In this document: positions 47,644-59,762 of the stretch, in pieces
How positions within the stretch are numbered: the first letter of the stretch is position 1
How the letters are laid out: each line of letters begins with the position of its first letter
Assembly (NCBI GenBank): GCA_963665325.3
Contig: OZ224045.1
Location: 2,304,001 to 2,368,000 of the forward strand
Direction of reading: 5' to 3'
DNA length: 64,000 nt
DNA from: Alphaproteobacteria bacterium
Lineage (GTDB): Bacteria; Pseudomonadota; Alphaproteobacteria; Bin95
The notes under the pieces: generated by a model
Database searches by the model: none
What the model was told of the DNA's origin: nothing
The model's input: the letters and a program-made list of their open reading frames with translations, nothing else
Translations under genes and position numbers: made by a program

Positions 47644-48485
47644 CGGAGGAAGCCCGCCGCTCCTTCTTTGATGAGTCGGCCGGTCGCGCGCCCGGACGCG
47701 GCAGGCTTGCCGGCCGGCGGCTCCTGGTCGTGGGCGGTGGCCAGCGCGAGATCGACGACGCCGACCCGCCGGTGGGAAACGGGCGCGCCGCGACGATTCT
47801 CTACGCCCGCGAGGGAGCCCGTGTCGCCTGTGCGGACGTTTCCGGCACGGCGGCCATGGCGACGGTGGCTGCGGTCGCGGAAGAAGGAGGTGAGGCATTT
47901 GCGATCGATGCGGACGTGGCGGACCCGTCGGCGGTCGAGGACATGGTGGCGCGCGCCGCGGACTGGCTGGGCGGCCTGGACGGGCTGCTGCTGAATGTGG
48001 GCGTCAGCGGCCCACCGCTGGGTCTGGCCGGCGAGACCCCGGATGAGTGGGATCGCGTGATGGCGATAAATCTGCGCAGCCACATGCTGACCTGCCGCGC
48101 GGCCTTGCCGGTATTGGCCGACGGGTCCAGCATCGTGTTCGTCGCGTCGATCTCGGGTATGCGCCCCAATAGCCGCAAACCGTCTTACGACACATCGAAG
48201 ACGGCGCTACAGGGGCTCTGCGGCCATGTTGCACAGGAAGGCCATGAGCAGGGGATTCGTGCCAATATCGTGGCCCCCGGCCTGATGGATACCGCGCTCG
48301 GCCGCGACGCCAGCCGCCGGCGCCCCGCCCGGAACGACGGACCGCTGCCCTTCGGCCGCCAAGGGACGGGCTGGGAGACCGCCTACGCGACCCTGTTCCT
48401 GATGTCGCACGAAAGTGCCTATATCACCGCGCAGACCCTGGTCGTCGATGGCGGTCTGATCGATCTTTGGTGGCGGGCGGGCTGA
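47640..48485 (+). CDS. SDR family oxidoreductase
   Basis: GNGRA, YDTSK, IVAPGLMDT, VVDGG. Confidence 0.88.
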   Translation: MTEEARRSFFDESAGRAPGRGRLAGRRLLVVGGGQREIDDADPPVGNGRAATILYAREGARVACADVSGTAAMATVAAVAEEGGEAFAIDADVADPSAVEDMVARAADWLGGLDGLLLNVGVSGPPLGLAGETPDEWDRVMAINLRSHMLTCRAALPVLADGSSIVFVASISGMRPNSRKPSYDTSKTALQGLCGHVAQEGHEQGIRANIVAPGLMDTALGRDASRRRPARNDGPLPFGRQGTGWETAYATLFLMSHESAYITAQTLVVDGGLIDLWWRAG

Positions 48486-48562
48486 CGGCTGAAGGCGCTG
48501 GAGCGCCGGGACGGCGTTTTCTATAAGGGACGGGCGGACGGTGGGGCGCGGAAGACGGAAAG

Positions 48563-49831
48563 ATGCTGGACCTGAGGTGGATAAGGGAAAGCCCGGAAGC
48601 GCTCGACCGTGCGCTGGAGCGCCGGGGGGAGCTTCCCGTAGCGGCGCAGGTCGGCGCGCTCGATGCCGAGCGACGCGGCTGCCAGACCCGGTTCCAGGAA
48701 TGCCGCCAGCGCCGCAACGCACTCTCGCGCGAGATCGGCAAGGCCAAGGCGGCGGGCGAGCCGGCGGACGCGTTGATTGCGGAAGTCTCGCAGCTCAAGG
48801 AGGCGGAACGGGAAGCGGAAGAGGCCGAGCGCAAGGCGGCGGCCGAACTGGATGCATTGATTGCCGGTCTTCCGAACCCCCCCGGCGACGATGTGCCGGA
48901 CGGTGCCGACGAGGGAGACAATGTGGAATTACGCCGGACTGGCGAGCCGACCGAATTCGCTTTCGAGCCGAGAGAGCACACCGAACTCGGCGAGGCTCTC
49001 GGCTTGATGGATTTCGAGCGCGCAACCTATCTGTCCGGGGCGCGTTTCGTCGTCCTGCGCGGCGCCCTGGCTCGCTTGGAACGCGCGCTTGCCCAGTTCA
49101 TGCTGGATACGCACACGGAGGAGTTCGGCTACGAGGAAGTGTCGCCGCCGACGCTAGTGCGAAGCCCGGCGCTGTTCGGCACGGGCCAGCTTCCCAAGTT
49201 CGAGCATGACCTGTTCAAGACCGATACGGGACACTGGTTGATTCCGACGGCCGAGGTGCCCCTGACCAATATGGCGGCGGGCCTTATTCTGGCCGAGGAG
49301 GAGTTGCCGCTGCGTTTTACTGCCTTCACGCCTTGCTATCGTTCGGAAGCCGGGTCGGCCGGGCGCGATACGCGCGGCATGATCCGTCAGCACCAGTTTC
49401 AGAAGGTCGAGATCGTGTCGATAGTGCATCCCGACGACTCGGCCGAGGAGCATGAGCGTATGACGCTGGCGGCGGAAGCGATCCTGGAGCGTCTGGGTCT
49501 TCCGTATCGTCGCGTGCTGCTCTGCGCGGGCGACATGGGCGCCGCCGCACGCAAGACCTACGATCTGGAAGTCTGGCTGCCGGGGCAGGGCGCCTACCGC
49601 GAAATCTCGAGCTGCTCAAATTGCGGCGACTACCAGGCTCGGCGGATGAATGCCCGCTTCCGGCCGGCCGGAAGCAAGGGCACGCGCTTCGTGCATACGC
49701 TGAACGGATCCGGCCTGGCAGTCGGCCGGACGCTGATCGCCATGCTCGAAAATGGCCAGCAGCAGGACGGGACCATTGTGTTGCCGCCGGCGATTCGCCC
49801 CTACATGCGCGGGTGCGAGCGCCTTGAATAG
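48563..49831 (+). CDS. serS: Serine--tRNA ligase
   Basis: [45 protein letters not shown]. Confidence 0.97.
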   Translation: MLDLRWIRESPEALDRALERRGELPVAAQVGALDAERRGCQTRFQECRQRRNALSREIGKAKAAGEPADALIAEVSQLKEAEREAEEAERKAAAELDALIAGLPNPPGDDVPDGADEGDNVELRRTGEPTEFAFEPREHTELGEALGLMDFERATYLSGARFVVLRGALARLERALAQFMLDTHTEEFGYEEVSPPTLVRSPALFGTGQLPKFEHDLFKTDTGHWLIPTAEVPLTNMAAGLILAEEELPLRFTAFTPCYRSEAGSAGRDTRGMIRQHQFQKVEIVSIVHPDDSAEEHERMTLAAEAILERLGLPYRRVLLCAGDMGAAARKTYDLEVWLPGQGAYREISSCSNCGDYQARRMNARFRPAGSKGTRFVHTLNGSGLAVGRTLIAMLENGQQQDGTIVLPPAIRPYMRGCERLE

Positions 49832-50534
49832 AAAACGCCCAAGCTCCGCGCTGCGCGGGGGGGAAGGCGCGCCGGCGACGCCCGGGGCCACGCGCGCGCG
49901 GCTGCTGATGATGCTGCGCCGGTCGGGGGTGATCGACGCGGATGTGCTTGGGGCCATCGAACGCACGCCGCGGGACGCCTTTGTTCCGGCGATATTCAGG
50001 GACCGGGCGTATGAAGACACGGCATTGCCCATCGGCAGCGGCCAGACCATAAGCCGCCCGAGTGTCGTCGCCTTCATGACGGCCATGCTCGCGCCGGGCC
50101 CGCGCATGCGGGTGCTGGAAATCGGCACCGGGTCGGGCTACCAGGCGGCTGTGCTTACCCGGCTTTGTCGCAGGGTTTACACCATCGAGCGGCACGGCTC
50201 TCTCCTGTTGGAGGCGGAGGCGCGGTTCGAACGGTTGGGGTTGACCAACATCACCACACGACGCGGCGACGGCGTGCGCGGTTGGCCCCGGGCGGGCCAG
50301 TTCGATCGCATTCTGGTTACAGCGGCAGCTGACGATGTGCCGAACGCGCTTGTTGAGCAACTCGCCGAGGGCGGGCGGATGCTGGTCCCGATCCGGGAGT
50401 ATGATGGCGTCCAGCGGCTGGTTTGCCTGTCCCGAACCGAGCATGGCGTCGAAGTCGAGGCCTTGCGCGAGACGTCGTTCGTGCCGCTGGTCGGTGCCTA
50501 TGACGAGACGGCGCCGCAGGAGGCCGCGCAATGA
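49824..50534 (+). CDS. pcm: Protein-L-isoaspartate O-methyltransferase (start approximate)
   Basis: [39 protein letters not shown]. Confidence 0.93.
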   Translation: MNRKRPSSALRGGEGAPATPGATRARLLMMLRRSGVIDADVLGAIERTPRDAFVPAIFRDRAYEDTALPIGSGQTISRPSVVAFMTAMLAPGPRMRVLEIGTGSGYQAAVLTRLCRRVYTIERHGSLLLEAEARFERLGLTNITTRRGDGVRGWPRAGQFDRILVTAAADDVPNALVEQLAEGGRMLVPIREYDGVQRLVCLSRTEHGVEVEALRETSFVPLVGAYDETAPQEAAQ

Positions 50535-51664
50535 GGCGGGCGGGCCCCCTTCTTGCCGCCTTGCTGGTTTGCGCCTGCGGCTGGGTGGAGGTCGGCGATC
50601 CCGGGAAGACGAGCCGTTCACCCCAGGCCCCGGAACCCCGAAAGGCCGTTTCGGAGGACACCCGGATCCTGGTGCGGAAGGGAGACAGCGTCTATCTCAT
50701 TTCCCGGCGCCACGGCATTGCGATGCGCGACATCATCGAGCGCAACGGGCTTACCGCGCCTTACCATCTTCGGGAGGGGCAAATGCTGATTTTGCCGGCT
50801 TCCCGCAAACATGTCGTGGTGTCGGGCGATTCGCTATGGTCAATCTCGCACCGATACCACGTGCCGATGGCAGCACTGGTGCGCGCCAACGGGTTGAAGA
50901 GGCCGTTTACCATCTACCCCGGCACGACGCTTCGCATCCCCAGACCGACGGAACCGGCGCCGGCAGACGCCCCCGAGACAACGGTAGCAGCGACGTCCGG
51001 CCCGGCGAAGCCTCCGAAAAAGCCGTCCCGACCCTCGCTTGCCCGGGGGACGCCGCCCGTCCCCAGCCTGTCGCCGGCCGCTCTGGCCAAAGCGCCGCCG
51101 CCCAGCGGTTCCGGCACTGTCAAGTCCGACGCCGGCGTGCCCAAGCCGCGGCAGCCCCCAGCGTCAACTTCGGCTTCGGTGCCCGCGTCCCGTCCGTCGG
51201 CGGCAGAGAAACCTGCCCCGCGAACCGTGGCCGAGCCGCCGTCGGCGCCGGTCCGGACGGCCTTGAAGCCGTTGCCGCCCCGCGCCGGACGGTTCTTGCG
51301 CCCCGTAACGGGACCTGTCGTTGCCCGTTTCGGGCCGCAGCCGGACGGCCTGCACAATGACGGGATCAACATAGCGGCGCCGCGCGGCGCCGCCGTGCAT
51401 TCGGTTGAGGCAGGAAGGGTCGCCTATTCCGGCAATGAGCTTCCCGGTTACGGCAACCTGCTGCTCGTCAGGCATCGGGGAGGCTGGGTCTCCGCCTACG
51501 CCCACAACGATCGGCTGCTGGTCGGGCGGGGCGACGAGGTCCAGCGTGGCCAGAGAATCGCGCTCGTGGGCAGCAGCGGCAGGGTGACGACCCCGCAGCT
51601 CCATTTCGAACTGAGGCGCCAGGGACGGGCCGTCGATCCATCCCCGCATCTCGACGGCGGCTAG
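50531..51664 (+). CDS. nlpD: LysM + M23 lipoprotein (NlpD-like)
   Basis: Lipobox Cys, two LysM domains, NDGINI...YGNL...AYAH...QLHFELR. Confidence 0.88.
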   Translation: MRRAGPLLAALLVCACGWVEVGDPGKTSRSPQAPEPRKAVSEDTRILVRKGDSVYLISRRHGIAMRDIIERNGLTAPYHLREGQMLILPASRKHVVVSGDSLWSISHRYHVPMAALVRANGLKRPFTIYPGTTLRIPRPTEPAPADAPETTVAATSGPAKPPKKPSRPSLARGTPPVPSLSPAALAKAPPPSGSGTVKSDAGVPKPRQPPASTSASVPASRPSAAEKPAPRTVAEPPSAPVRTALKPLPPRAGRFLRPVTGPVVARFGPQPDGLHNDGINIAAPRGAAVHSVEAGRVAYSGNELPGYGNLLLVRHRGGWVSAYAHNDRLLVGRGDEVQRGQRIALVGSSGRVTTPQLHFELRRQGRAVDPSPHLDGG

Positions 51665-51677
51665 GGCCGCGCGGGCT

Positions 51678-52826
51678 TCAATTCCCGACAAGGAAGTCGC
51701 GAATGGCGAGCGCTTCCTCGAGCCCGGACAATTCGCGGTCGGCGTCCAGAGGCAGGGCCCGAGAAGACAGGCGCACCACGACCACTTCGGCGCGACGGTC
51801 CACATAGAGGTTCTGTCCATGGATGCCGATGCCGAAGATCAGGGGATTTTCGCCGCGCAACACGTAACACTGCGAACGGTAGTGCATCGCCCGTCCGGGA
51901 AAGAATGGGGCGAAGTCGCCCGCATCCCAGGCCTCCGGGTCTCCGGCCCGTTCGATATCGTCGATCCAGCACTGCGGCAGCACCTGCCGACCGTTCCGGG
52001 AGCCGTTTTCGACGATCAATTGCCCGATGCGGGCAAGGTCGCGGGCCGCAACGCACATTCCGCCCGCGGCCCTGGGCGCGCCCAGCCGGTCCACGGTGAT
52101 GTAAGCCGGGCGTTCGGTCCCGGCGGGCGCCCATAACAGGCGGCCCATCAGGTCCGCATAGCGCTCGCCGGCCGCCCGCTCGATGACCCAGGCCAGAAGG
52201 TCGGAATTTGTGGAGACATAGTGGAAGCGCTGACCGTGCCGACCGTCCGCCTCGGTCAATCGGGCATAAAAGGAGCGCAGGTCAGACGGCGGCTCGGCCG
52301 GGTCCACCGGATTCCAGCCGGTGGCCTGACGGTAGGCGACAATTGGCCCGCTCGTGGCGAGATAGTCTTCGTCGAACAGGATGCCCACGCGCATGTCAAG
52401 CAGGTGCCGCACCGTTGCGCCGCGATAAACCGTTTCCGCTACCTCGGGCACATAGTCCGCGACGGGCGCTTCGACATCGAGACGCCCTGTCTCCGCCAAG
52501 ATGCCAGCCAGCAGGCCCAGCACGGATTTTGAGACAGACATCAGGATATGCGGTGTCGTGGCAATTATGCCCTCGCCATAGCGCTCCGCCACGACCCTGC
52601 CACGGTGCAGGACTAGCAAGGCATCGCAGTCTTCAGCCATCCCGTCGAAGCCGGGTACCGGCACCGGAGCTTCGGGCAGGGGACGCACGGCGGCGGGATC
52701 GTGGGGAATTTCCGCCGAGGGAATCAGTTCCCGCACATGCCGGAAGGCCCAGCGACTGAAGGGAGCTGTCCGCCAGTTCGCGAGAGTAACCTGTTCATCG
52801 GCCGGGGGCGGGAAACGGTCGATCAT
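51678..52826 (-). CDS. Serine hydrolase, beta-lactamase family (6-aminohexanoate-dimer hydrolase-like)
   Basis: MSVSKS, HLLDM, FHYVS.N, GIHGQ. Confidence 0.87.
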   Translation of the reverse strand: MIDRFPPPADEQVTLANWRTAPFSRWAFRHVRELIPSAEIPHDPAAVRPLPEAPVPVPGFDGMAEDCDALLVLHRGRVVAERYGEGIIATTPHILMSVSKSVLGLLAGILAETGRLDVEAPVADYVPEVAETVYRGATVRHLLDMRVGILFDEDYLATSGPIVAYRQATGWNPVDPAEPPSDLRSFYARLTEADGRHGQRFHYVSTNSDLLAWVIERAAGERYADLMGRLLWAPAGTERPAYITVDRLGAPRAAGGMCVAARDLARIGQLIVENGSRNGRQVLPQCWIDDIERAGDPEAWDAGDFAPFFPGRAMHYRSQCYVLRGENPLIFGIGIHGQNLYVDRRAEVVVVRLSSRALPLDADRELSGLEEALAIRDFLVGN

Positions 52827-52854
52827 ATTTTCTCTCCTCTGTCGGCGGCTGCCA

Positions 52855-54171
52855 TCAAACGGGGAGGCGCACGCGCACGCCGAGGCCGCCCTCGGGCGAA
52901 TCGCCCAGATATATGTCGCCACCGTGGCTCTGAACCACATCGCGCGCGATGGAAAGGCCGAGCCCGATACCGCCGGTTTTTCCCCCATGCGAGCGGTCCC
53001 GGCGGTAGAAGGGACGAAACACCTTTTCCCGGTCGGCCGCCGGCACGCCCGGTCCGTCGTCGTCGATTCCGATCTCAAACCATTCGCCCTGTTGCCGGCA
53101 GACGATCCAGACTTGGCCGGCATAACGCATTGCATTGTCGATCAGATTGACGAGGCAGCGCCTGATGGCCGTCGCCTGCACCGGAATTCTTGGCGCGCTT
53201 ACGATGCGAAGGTCGATGGATGCGCCGGCCCGGCGCGCGCCGGTCACGACGTCCTCGACCAATTCGCCGAGATCGGTTTCCACGGCTGCTTCGCCGCCTT
53301 CGCCGCGGGCGAACGCCAGATAGGCTTCCAGCATCGCTTCCATTTCGGCGATGTCGGCATGCAACTCGCGGGCGTCGTCGTTCTCCGGCAGCAGGGCCAG
53401 CGCCACTTTCATGCGCGAGAGGGGGGTGCGGAGGTCGTGGGAGACGCCGGCCAGCATCTCTGTGCGCTGTGTGATCTGGCGCCGGATACGCTCCCGCATC
53501 CGCCGGAACGCGACGGTCGCGCGTCGGACTTCCGTTGCTCCCGCCAGTTTCGGGTCCTTGGCCTCCCGACCCTTGCCATAGGCGTCAGCCGCCTCCGCAA
53601 GACGCCTGATGGGCCGGATCTGGTTTCGCATGAACAGCCCGGCGACGGCGAACAGAATCATCGAGGTTCCCACCATCCAGAGCGCCCAGAAGGTGGTGGT
53701 CGAACTGAACAGCCGCCTGCGCGGCGTCACGACATTCAGCACGCTGTCCTTGAGCTGCACCCTGATAAGGATTTCGTCCTCATAGGCCGCCGTGTCGAAC
53801 TGGAAGGGGCGCCTTACGCGATGGGTCAGCTCGCGGGCGAGTAGCCGGTCCAGGCCGGCCGTCGGCTCGGGCTGCGGGCGGTTCGGAAGAATGGCGCCCG
53901 GCGCGATGGTTGCGCGAAGGTCCGTGCGCTCGGCAAGCAGTTTCAGAAGCGCGCCCTGCGCGTCGTCGCCTGGGAACTGGTCCATCGCGTCGATGATCAG
54001 ACCTATCTCGCCCGCCACTCCCGCCGCCAGGCGCTTCATGATGATGTGCCAGTGCCGCTCGTAGAAGATCCATGTCGAGACGATCTGCAACAAGATCAGC
54101 GGCATCACGATGATGAGCAGGGAGCGCGCAAACAGGGTGCGCGGCAGGAAACGGTCCAGACGGCCTGCCAT
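52855..54171 (-). CDS. envZ: EnvZ-like sensor histidine kinase
   Basis: Two TM segments, HAMP, SHDLRTP, NLIDNA, DDGPG, GLGL. Confidence 0.85.
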   Translation of the reverse strand: MAGRLDRFLPRTLFARSLLIIVMPLILLQIVSTWIFYERHWHIIMKRLAAGVAGEIGLIIDAMDQFPGDDAQGALLKLLAERTDLRATIAPGAILPNRPQPEPTAGLDRLLARELTHRVRRPFQFDTAAYEDEILIRVQLKDSVLNVVTPRRRLFSSTTTFWALWMVGTSMILFAVAGLFMRNQIRPIRRLAEAADAYGKGREAKDPKLAGATEVRRATVAFRRMRERIRRQITQRTEMLAGVSHDLRTPLSRMKVALALLPENDDARELHADIAEMEAMLEAYLAFARGEGGEAAVETDLGELVEDVVTGARRAGASIDLRIVSAPRIPVQATAIRRCLVNLIDNAMRYAGQVWIVCRQQGEWFEIGIDDDGPGVPAADREKVFRPFYRRDRSHGGKTGGIGLGLSIARDVVQSHGGDIYLGDSPEGGLGVRVRLPV

Positions 54172-54872
54172 CAGTCGGGTCGGAGCGCGTAACCGCGCCC
54201 CCAGACCGTGACGAGGTAACGGGGATGCTTCGGATCGGGCTCCAGCTTCCGGCGCAACCGCGCGACCTGTACGTCCACGGCCCGTCCGGAACCGACGCTC
54301 ATGACCGCCAGCTCCTCGCGCGACACGGTATTGCCGCCCCTGAGGGAAAGGGCGCTCAGCAGCAGCGCCTCTGCCGGGGCGAGCGGGCGAACGGTCCCAT
54401 CCTCATGTTCCAGCGTGTCGCGTCCGGCGCTCCAGGCCAGCGGACCGAAGCGAAGCGTCTCGCGGCGTGCGCTCCCGCGGCGGCGCAGGATCGTGCGGAT
54501 GCGCAGCACCAGTTCGCGCGGCTCGAAGGGCTTGACCATATAGTCTTCCGCGCCCGCCTCCAGGCCGCGCACGCGGTCCTCGGGCTCGACCATTGCCGTC
54601 AGCAGCAATATCGGCGTCGAATTCCCCGCTTCCGTCAGCGCTGCACTGAGTTCCAGGCCGGACTCTCCCGGCAGCATGATGTCCAGCACGACCAGGTCGA
54701 ACGCAACGCCCGCCATCGCGCGCCGGGCCGCCTCTGTTTCTTCCATTGCCGTGACGCGAAAGCCGGAGGTCGAGAGATAGCGCTTCAGAAGCGCGCGCAA
54801 CCGTTCGTCGTCATCCACCAGGAGGATGTGAGGCAGGTCTTGCGAATGGGAAGGCGAAATCGCTTCACGCAT
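54171..54872 (-). CDS. ompR: OmpR-family response regulator
   Basis: LVDDD, LDIMLPG, KPF, winged-helix VDVQVARLRRK...TVWGRGY. Confidence 0.85.
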   Translation of the reverse strand: MREAISPSHSQDLPHILLVDDDERLRALLKRYLSTSGFRVTAMEETEAARRAMAGVAFDLVVLDIMLPGESGLELSAALTEAGNSTPILLLTAMVEPEDRVRGLEAGAEDYMVKPFEPRELVLRIRTILRRRGSARRETLRFGPLAWSAGRDTLEHEDGTVRPLAPAEALLLSALSLRGGNTVSREELAVMSVGSGRAVDVQVARLRRKLEPDPKHPRYLVTVWGRGYALRPD

Positions 54873-54948
54873 GTGTAGAAATCCGCCATAAGCTGCAACG
54901 CTGCGTTCCGGTATCATATCGTGCCCGAAGAATGAGGAGAAATGCGCG

Positions 54949-55830
54949 ATGGCGGTGGACCTGCTCCCCTATGACGACCGCGACGGCTACATCTGGCTGG
55001 ACGGCGCGCTGGTACCGTGGCGCGACGCCAGGTTGCATGTCCTGAGCCACGCCCTGCACTACGCCAGCGCGGTCTTCGAGGGCGAACGCGTCTATGACGG
55101 GCACATCTTCCGTTCGCGCGCCCACACTGAACGCCTTCACAACTCCGCCCGGCTCATGGGATTCGAGATACCATACTCGGTCGATGCGCTGGAAAGCGCC
55201 AAACGCGAAGTGCTGCAGGCGAACGACCTCAAGGACGCCTATGTTCGCCCGGTGGCATGGCGCGGCGCGGAGATGATGGGTGTGTCGGCGCAGGATGCCA
55301 CGATCCATGTCGCGATCGCGGCCTGGTTCTGGGGCGCTTATTTCGGCGATGGCACGGAGATGTCCGGTATCCGCATGAAAACCGGCCGCTATCGCCGGCC
55401 CGGCCCTGAATGCGGACCGGTGCAGGCCAAGGCGACCGGCCACTACCTGATCTGCACGCTCAACAAGCATGAGGTCGAGGCCGCGGGCTACCACGATGCC
55501 CTGTTCCTCGACACCCATGGCTTCGTCGCAGAGGGCTCCGGCGCCAATATCTTCCTCGTTCAGGAAGGCAAGCTGCATACGCCGACGCCGGACAGCTTCC
55601 TCAATGGCCTCACCCGCCAGGCGGTGATCGGCCTGGCCGAGAAGCGACAGATCCCGGTGATCGAGCGGTCGATCCTGCCGGAAGAGTTCTCCAGGACATC
55701 CGAAGTGTTCGTGACCGGCACCGCCGCCGAGGTGACGCCGGTCGCCGAGATCGACGACTACCGCTTCACGCCGGGCAACATTACCCGCACGCTGATGGAC
55801 GATTTCCGCGCCATCACATCGACCGGATAA
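54949..55830 (+). CDS. ilvE: Branched-chain amino acid aminotransferase
   Basis: LHYASAVFEG, AK.TG.Y, EGSGANIF, GTAAE. Confidence 0.93.
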   Translation: MAVDLLPYDDRDGYIWLDGALVPWRDARLHVLSHALHYASAVFEGERVYDGHIFRSRAHTERLHNSARLMGFEIPYSVDALESAKREVLQANDLKDAYVRPVAWRGAEMMGVSAQDATIHVAIAAWFWGAYFGDGTEMSGIRMKTGRYRRPGPECGPVQAKATGHYLICTLNKHEVEAAGYHDALFLDTHGFVAEGSGANIFLVQEGKLHTPTPDSFLNGLTRQAVIGLAEKRQIPVIERSILPEEFSRTSEVFVTGTAAEVTPVAEIDDYRFTPGNITRTLMDDFRAITSTG

Positions 55831-55853
55831 CGCAAGCAAGAGGACTCTCAATC

Positions 55854-57056
<1,203 letters not shown>

Positions 57057-57177
57057 CCTTACGGGCAGCCGCGTATCCGCGCTTGCGTGACGCCAGAGCC
57101 TTTGGGACAGGCGGCGGCCCCCGCGGCCGTCCGGGGCGCGCGGGCCCTGCCGTCCCGTTGGCGCCCGGGGGGAGGCC

Positions 57178-58503
57178 ATGACCGCAACCCGCCAGCTCCG
57201 GTTAGGGGCGTTCATGCGCCCGGTGAGCATCCATACGGCATGGTGGCGTTATCCGGGCAGCGTGCCCGACGCCAACTTCAACCTAGGCCATCTGGTCGCG
57301 TTCGCCAGGACGCTCGAACGGGGATGCTTCGATGCGTTCTTCATGGCCGACCACCTTGCGGTGCTCAACATGCCGATGGATGCGCTCAAGCGCAGCGCTA
57401 CTGTCACCTCGTTCGATCCGCTCACGCTCCTGCCGGCGCTGGCGATGGTCACCGAACGCCTCGGCCTCATCGCTACCGCATCGACCACGTTCGAACCGCC
57501 CTATACGGTTGCCCGGCGGTTCGCCTCGCTCGATCACATCAGCAACGGGCGCGCGGGCTGGAACCTCGTCACCACCTCGAATCCGGATGCTGCGCTCAAC
57601 TTCGGCCAGACCGGGCAGATGGCGCACGCCGAGCGTTACCGCCGGGCGCGCGAGTATTTCGATGTAGTGACCGGCCTGTGGGACAGCTGGGCCGACGACG
57701 CTTTCACGCACGATGTCGAGACGGGGCAATTCTTCGATCCCGGCCGGCTCCACACCCTCGACCATCGCGGCGAGTTCTTCTCTGTGCGCGGACCGCTGAA
57801 CATAGCCCGCCCGGTGCAGGGCTGGCCGCTCATCGTACAAGCCGGCGCGTCGGAGGCCGGCCGGCAGCTTGCGGCCGAAACCGCGGAAATGGTGTTTACC
57901 GGACAAGGCACGCTGGCCGACGGTCAACGCTTCTACGCCGATGTGAAGGGGAGGATGGAACGTATCGGACGCGACCCCGATCACATGAAGATCCTGCCCG
58001 GGGTTCTGGTCGTCATCGGGGACAGCGTCGAGGAGGCGCGCGAAAAGCGGGCGCATCTCGACAGCCTGGTCAACGACGACAGCGCGATCGCGAGCCTGTC
58101 CATTGCCCTCGGACACGACGCTTCGACCTTCGATCTGGACGGACCGCTGCCCGAGGTACCCGAAAGTAACGCGAGCAAGAGCGGTCGGGAACGGGCCATT
58201 GCGCTTGCAGAGCGCGAAGGGCTGACCGTCCGCGAGCTCGCGCGCCGTCTCGGGGGCTATTCGGGGCTCGCCATGGTAGGCACTCCGGCCACCATTGCCG
58301 ACGAGATGCAGCACTGGCTCGAGGCCCGAGGGAGCGACGGCTTTAATGTCATGTTCCCCTACCTGCCCGACGGCCTGGACGCCTTTGTCGACCGGGTCGT
58401 GCCCGAGCTGCAGCGCCGGGGACTCTATCGACGAACGTATGAGGGGGCCACGCTGCGCGAGAATCTGGGCGTGCCGCGCCCGCCCAATCGGTTCTTCCGG
58501 TAG
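57178..58503 (+). CDS. LLM-class FMN-dependent monooxygenase (NtaA/DszA/SnaA family)
   Basis: FMADH, ARRFASLDHIS.GRAGWN, QAGAS..GR, VPELQRRG. Confidence 0.92.
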   Translation: MTATRQLRLGAFMRPVSIHTAWWRYPGSVPDANFNLGHLVAFARTLERGCFDAFFMADHLAVLNMPMDALKRSATVTSFDPLTLLPALAMVTERLGLIATASTTFEPPYTVARRFASLDHISNGRAGWNLVTTSNPDAALNFGQTGQMAHAERYRRAREYFDVVTGLWDSWADDAFTHDVETGQFFDPGRLHTLDHRGEFFSVRGPLNIARPVQGWPLIVQAGASEAGRQLAAETAEMVFTGQGTLADGQRFYADVKGRMERIGRDPDHMKILPGVLVVIGDSVEEAREKRAHLDSLVNDDSAIASLSIALGHDASTFDLDGPLPEVPESNASKSGRERAIALAEREGLTVRELARRLGGYSGLAMVGTPATIADEMQHWLEARGSDGFNVMFPYLPDGLDAFVDRVVPELQRRGLYRRTYEGATLRENLGVPRPPNRFFR

Positions 58504-58533
58504 AGTTTCGCCACAACCGCCGGACGCTGCTGC

Positions 58534-59712
58534 ATGATCGTACCGAAAATCCGCCCGGACGAGCCGTCCTGCATCGCCGCGGCGCGAGCGCTCGGCGAGA
58601 CCATCCGGGCGCACGCCGACGCCATCGAGCGCGACCGGCGCCTGCCCGATGCGCTCATGGACCGCCTTCACAGGGCCCGGCTCGCCCGGATGCTCCTGCC
58701 TCGCTCGGTCGGGGGCGACGAGATCGCGCCGAGCGTCTATCTCGACACAGTGATCGAGCTCGCGCGCCATGACGGCTCGGTCGGCTGGAATATCTTCGTG
58801 GCCAACAGCTCCGCGCTCCTCGCCGCGTTTCTTCCGCTCGATGCTGCGCGGGAAATCTATGCTTGTCCCGATGCCCTGATGGCCTGGGGACCGCCCAATC
58901 CGTGCCAGGCCCGCGCTATCGAGGGCGGCTATCGGGTCGACGGCCAGTGGAGCTTCGCCTCGGGCTGCCGTCATGCCACCTGGATGGGCGCGCACTGCCA
59001 GGTGTTGGCATCCGACGGATCGCTGCGCCGCAACAGCGCCGGTCTACCCGTGATTCGCAGCCTGCTGTTCCCCGCCAGGGAGGCGCAACTGCTCGATGAC
59101 TGGAACCCCATCGGACTGCGAGGGACCGGGTCGGAAAGTTACCGTGTCGAGGATGTGTTCGTGCCTGAGCGATTCAGCGCCACGCGCGAGGAACCGGACC
59201 GGCGCCGGGAACCCGGTCCCCTCTACGCCTTTACCCAGCAAAGCCTCTATGCGGTCGGCGTGGCCGGGGTCGCGCTCGGCCTAGCCGATGCCATGCTCGA
59301 TGCGTTCATGGAGCTCGCTCGCGAGAAGACGCCGCGCGGCTTGGTGCGCCATGCCGAGAACCCCGGGGTCCAGGGAGAGGTCTCGCGCAGCCTCGCGCGC
59401 ATCGGATCGGCCCGGGCGTGGCTGGTGGAGATCGTCGATGCCGTTTATGACGGCGCGCGGGACATTGCCTGTATCGACGTGCCCACCCGGGCCCGCGTCA
59501 GGCTCGCCTGCAGCCATGCCATCCAGGGTGCGGTGGAAACGGCCTCGACCCTCTACCGGCTCGCCGGCGTCGATGCCATCTTCCCCGGCAGCGCATTCGA
59601 GCGGCGCTTTCGCGATATCCACACGCTGTCCCAGCAGATCCAGTCGCGCCCGCAGCATTTCGAGGCCACTGGCCACGTTCTTCTCGGCGGCACACCCGAG
59701 GTGTTCTACTAG
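58534..59712 (+). CDS. Acyl-CoA-dehydrogenase-fold flavin hydroxylase
   Basis: GQWSFASGC, DWNPIGLRGTGS, ERRFRDIH. Confidence 0.88.
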   Translation: MIVPKIRPDEPSCIAAARALGETIRAHADAIERDRRLPDALMDRLHRARLARMLLPRSVGGDEIAPSVYLDTVIELARHDGSVGWNIFVANSSALLAAFLPLDAAREIYACPDALMAWGPPNPCQARAIEGGYRVDGQWSFASGCRHATWMGAHCQVLASDGSLRRNSAGLPVIRSLLFPAREAQLLDDWNPIGLRGTGSESYRVEDVFVPERFSATREEPDRRREPGPLYAFTQQSLYAVGVAGVALGLADAMLDAFMELAREKTPRGLVRHAENPGVQGEVSRSLARIGSARAWLVEIVDAVYDGARDIACIDVPTRARVRLACSHAIQGAVETASTLYRLAGVDAIFPGSAFERRFRDIHTLSQQIQSRPQHFEATGHVLLGGTPEVFY

Positions 59713-59762
59713 TTTTCGGTCCCGACAGGCGTTGTCCGGCGCCGGTTCGGCCTCCGGCCGAA

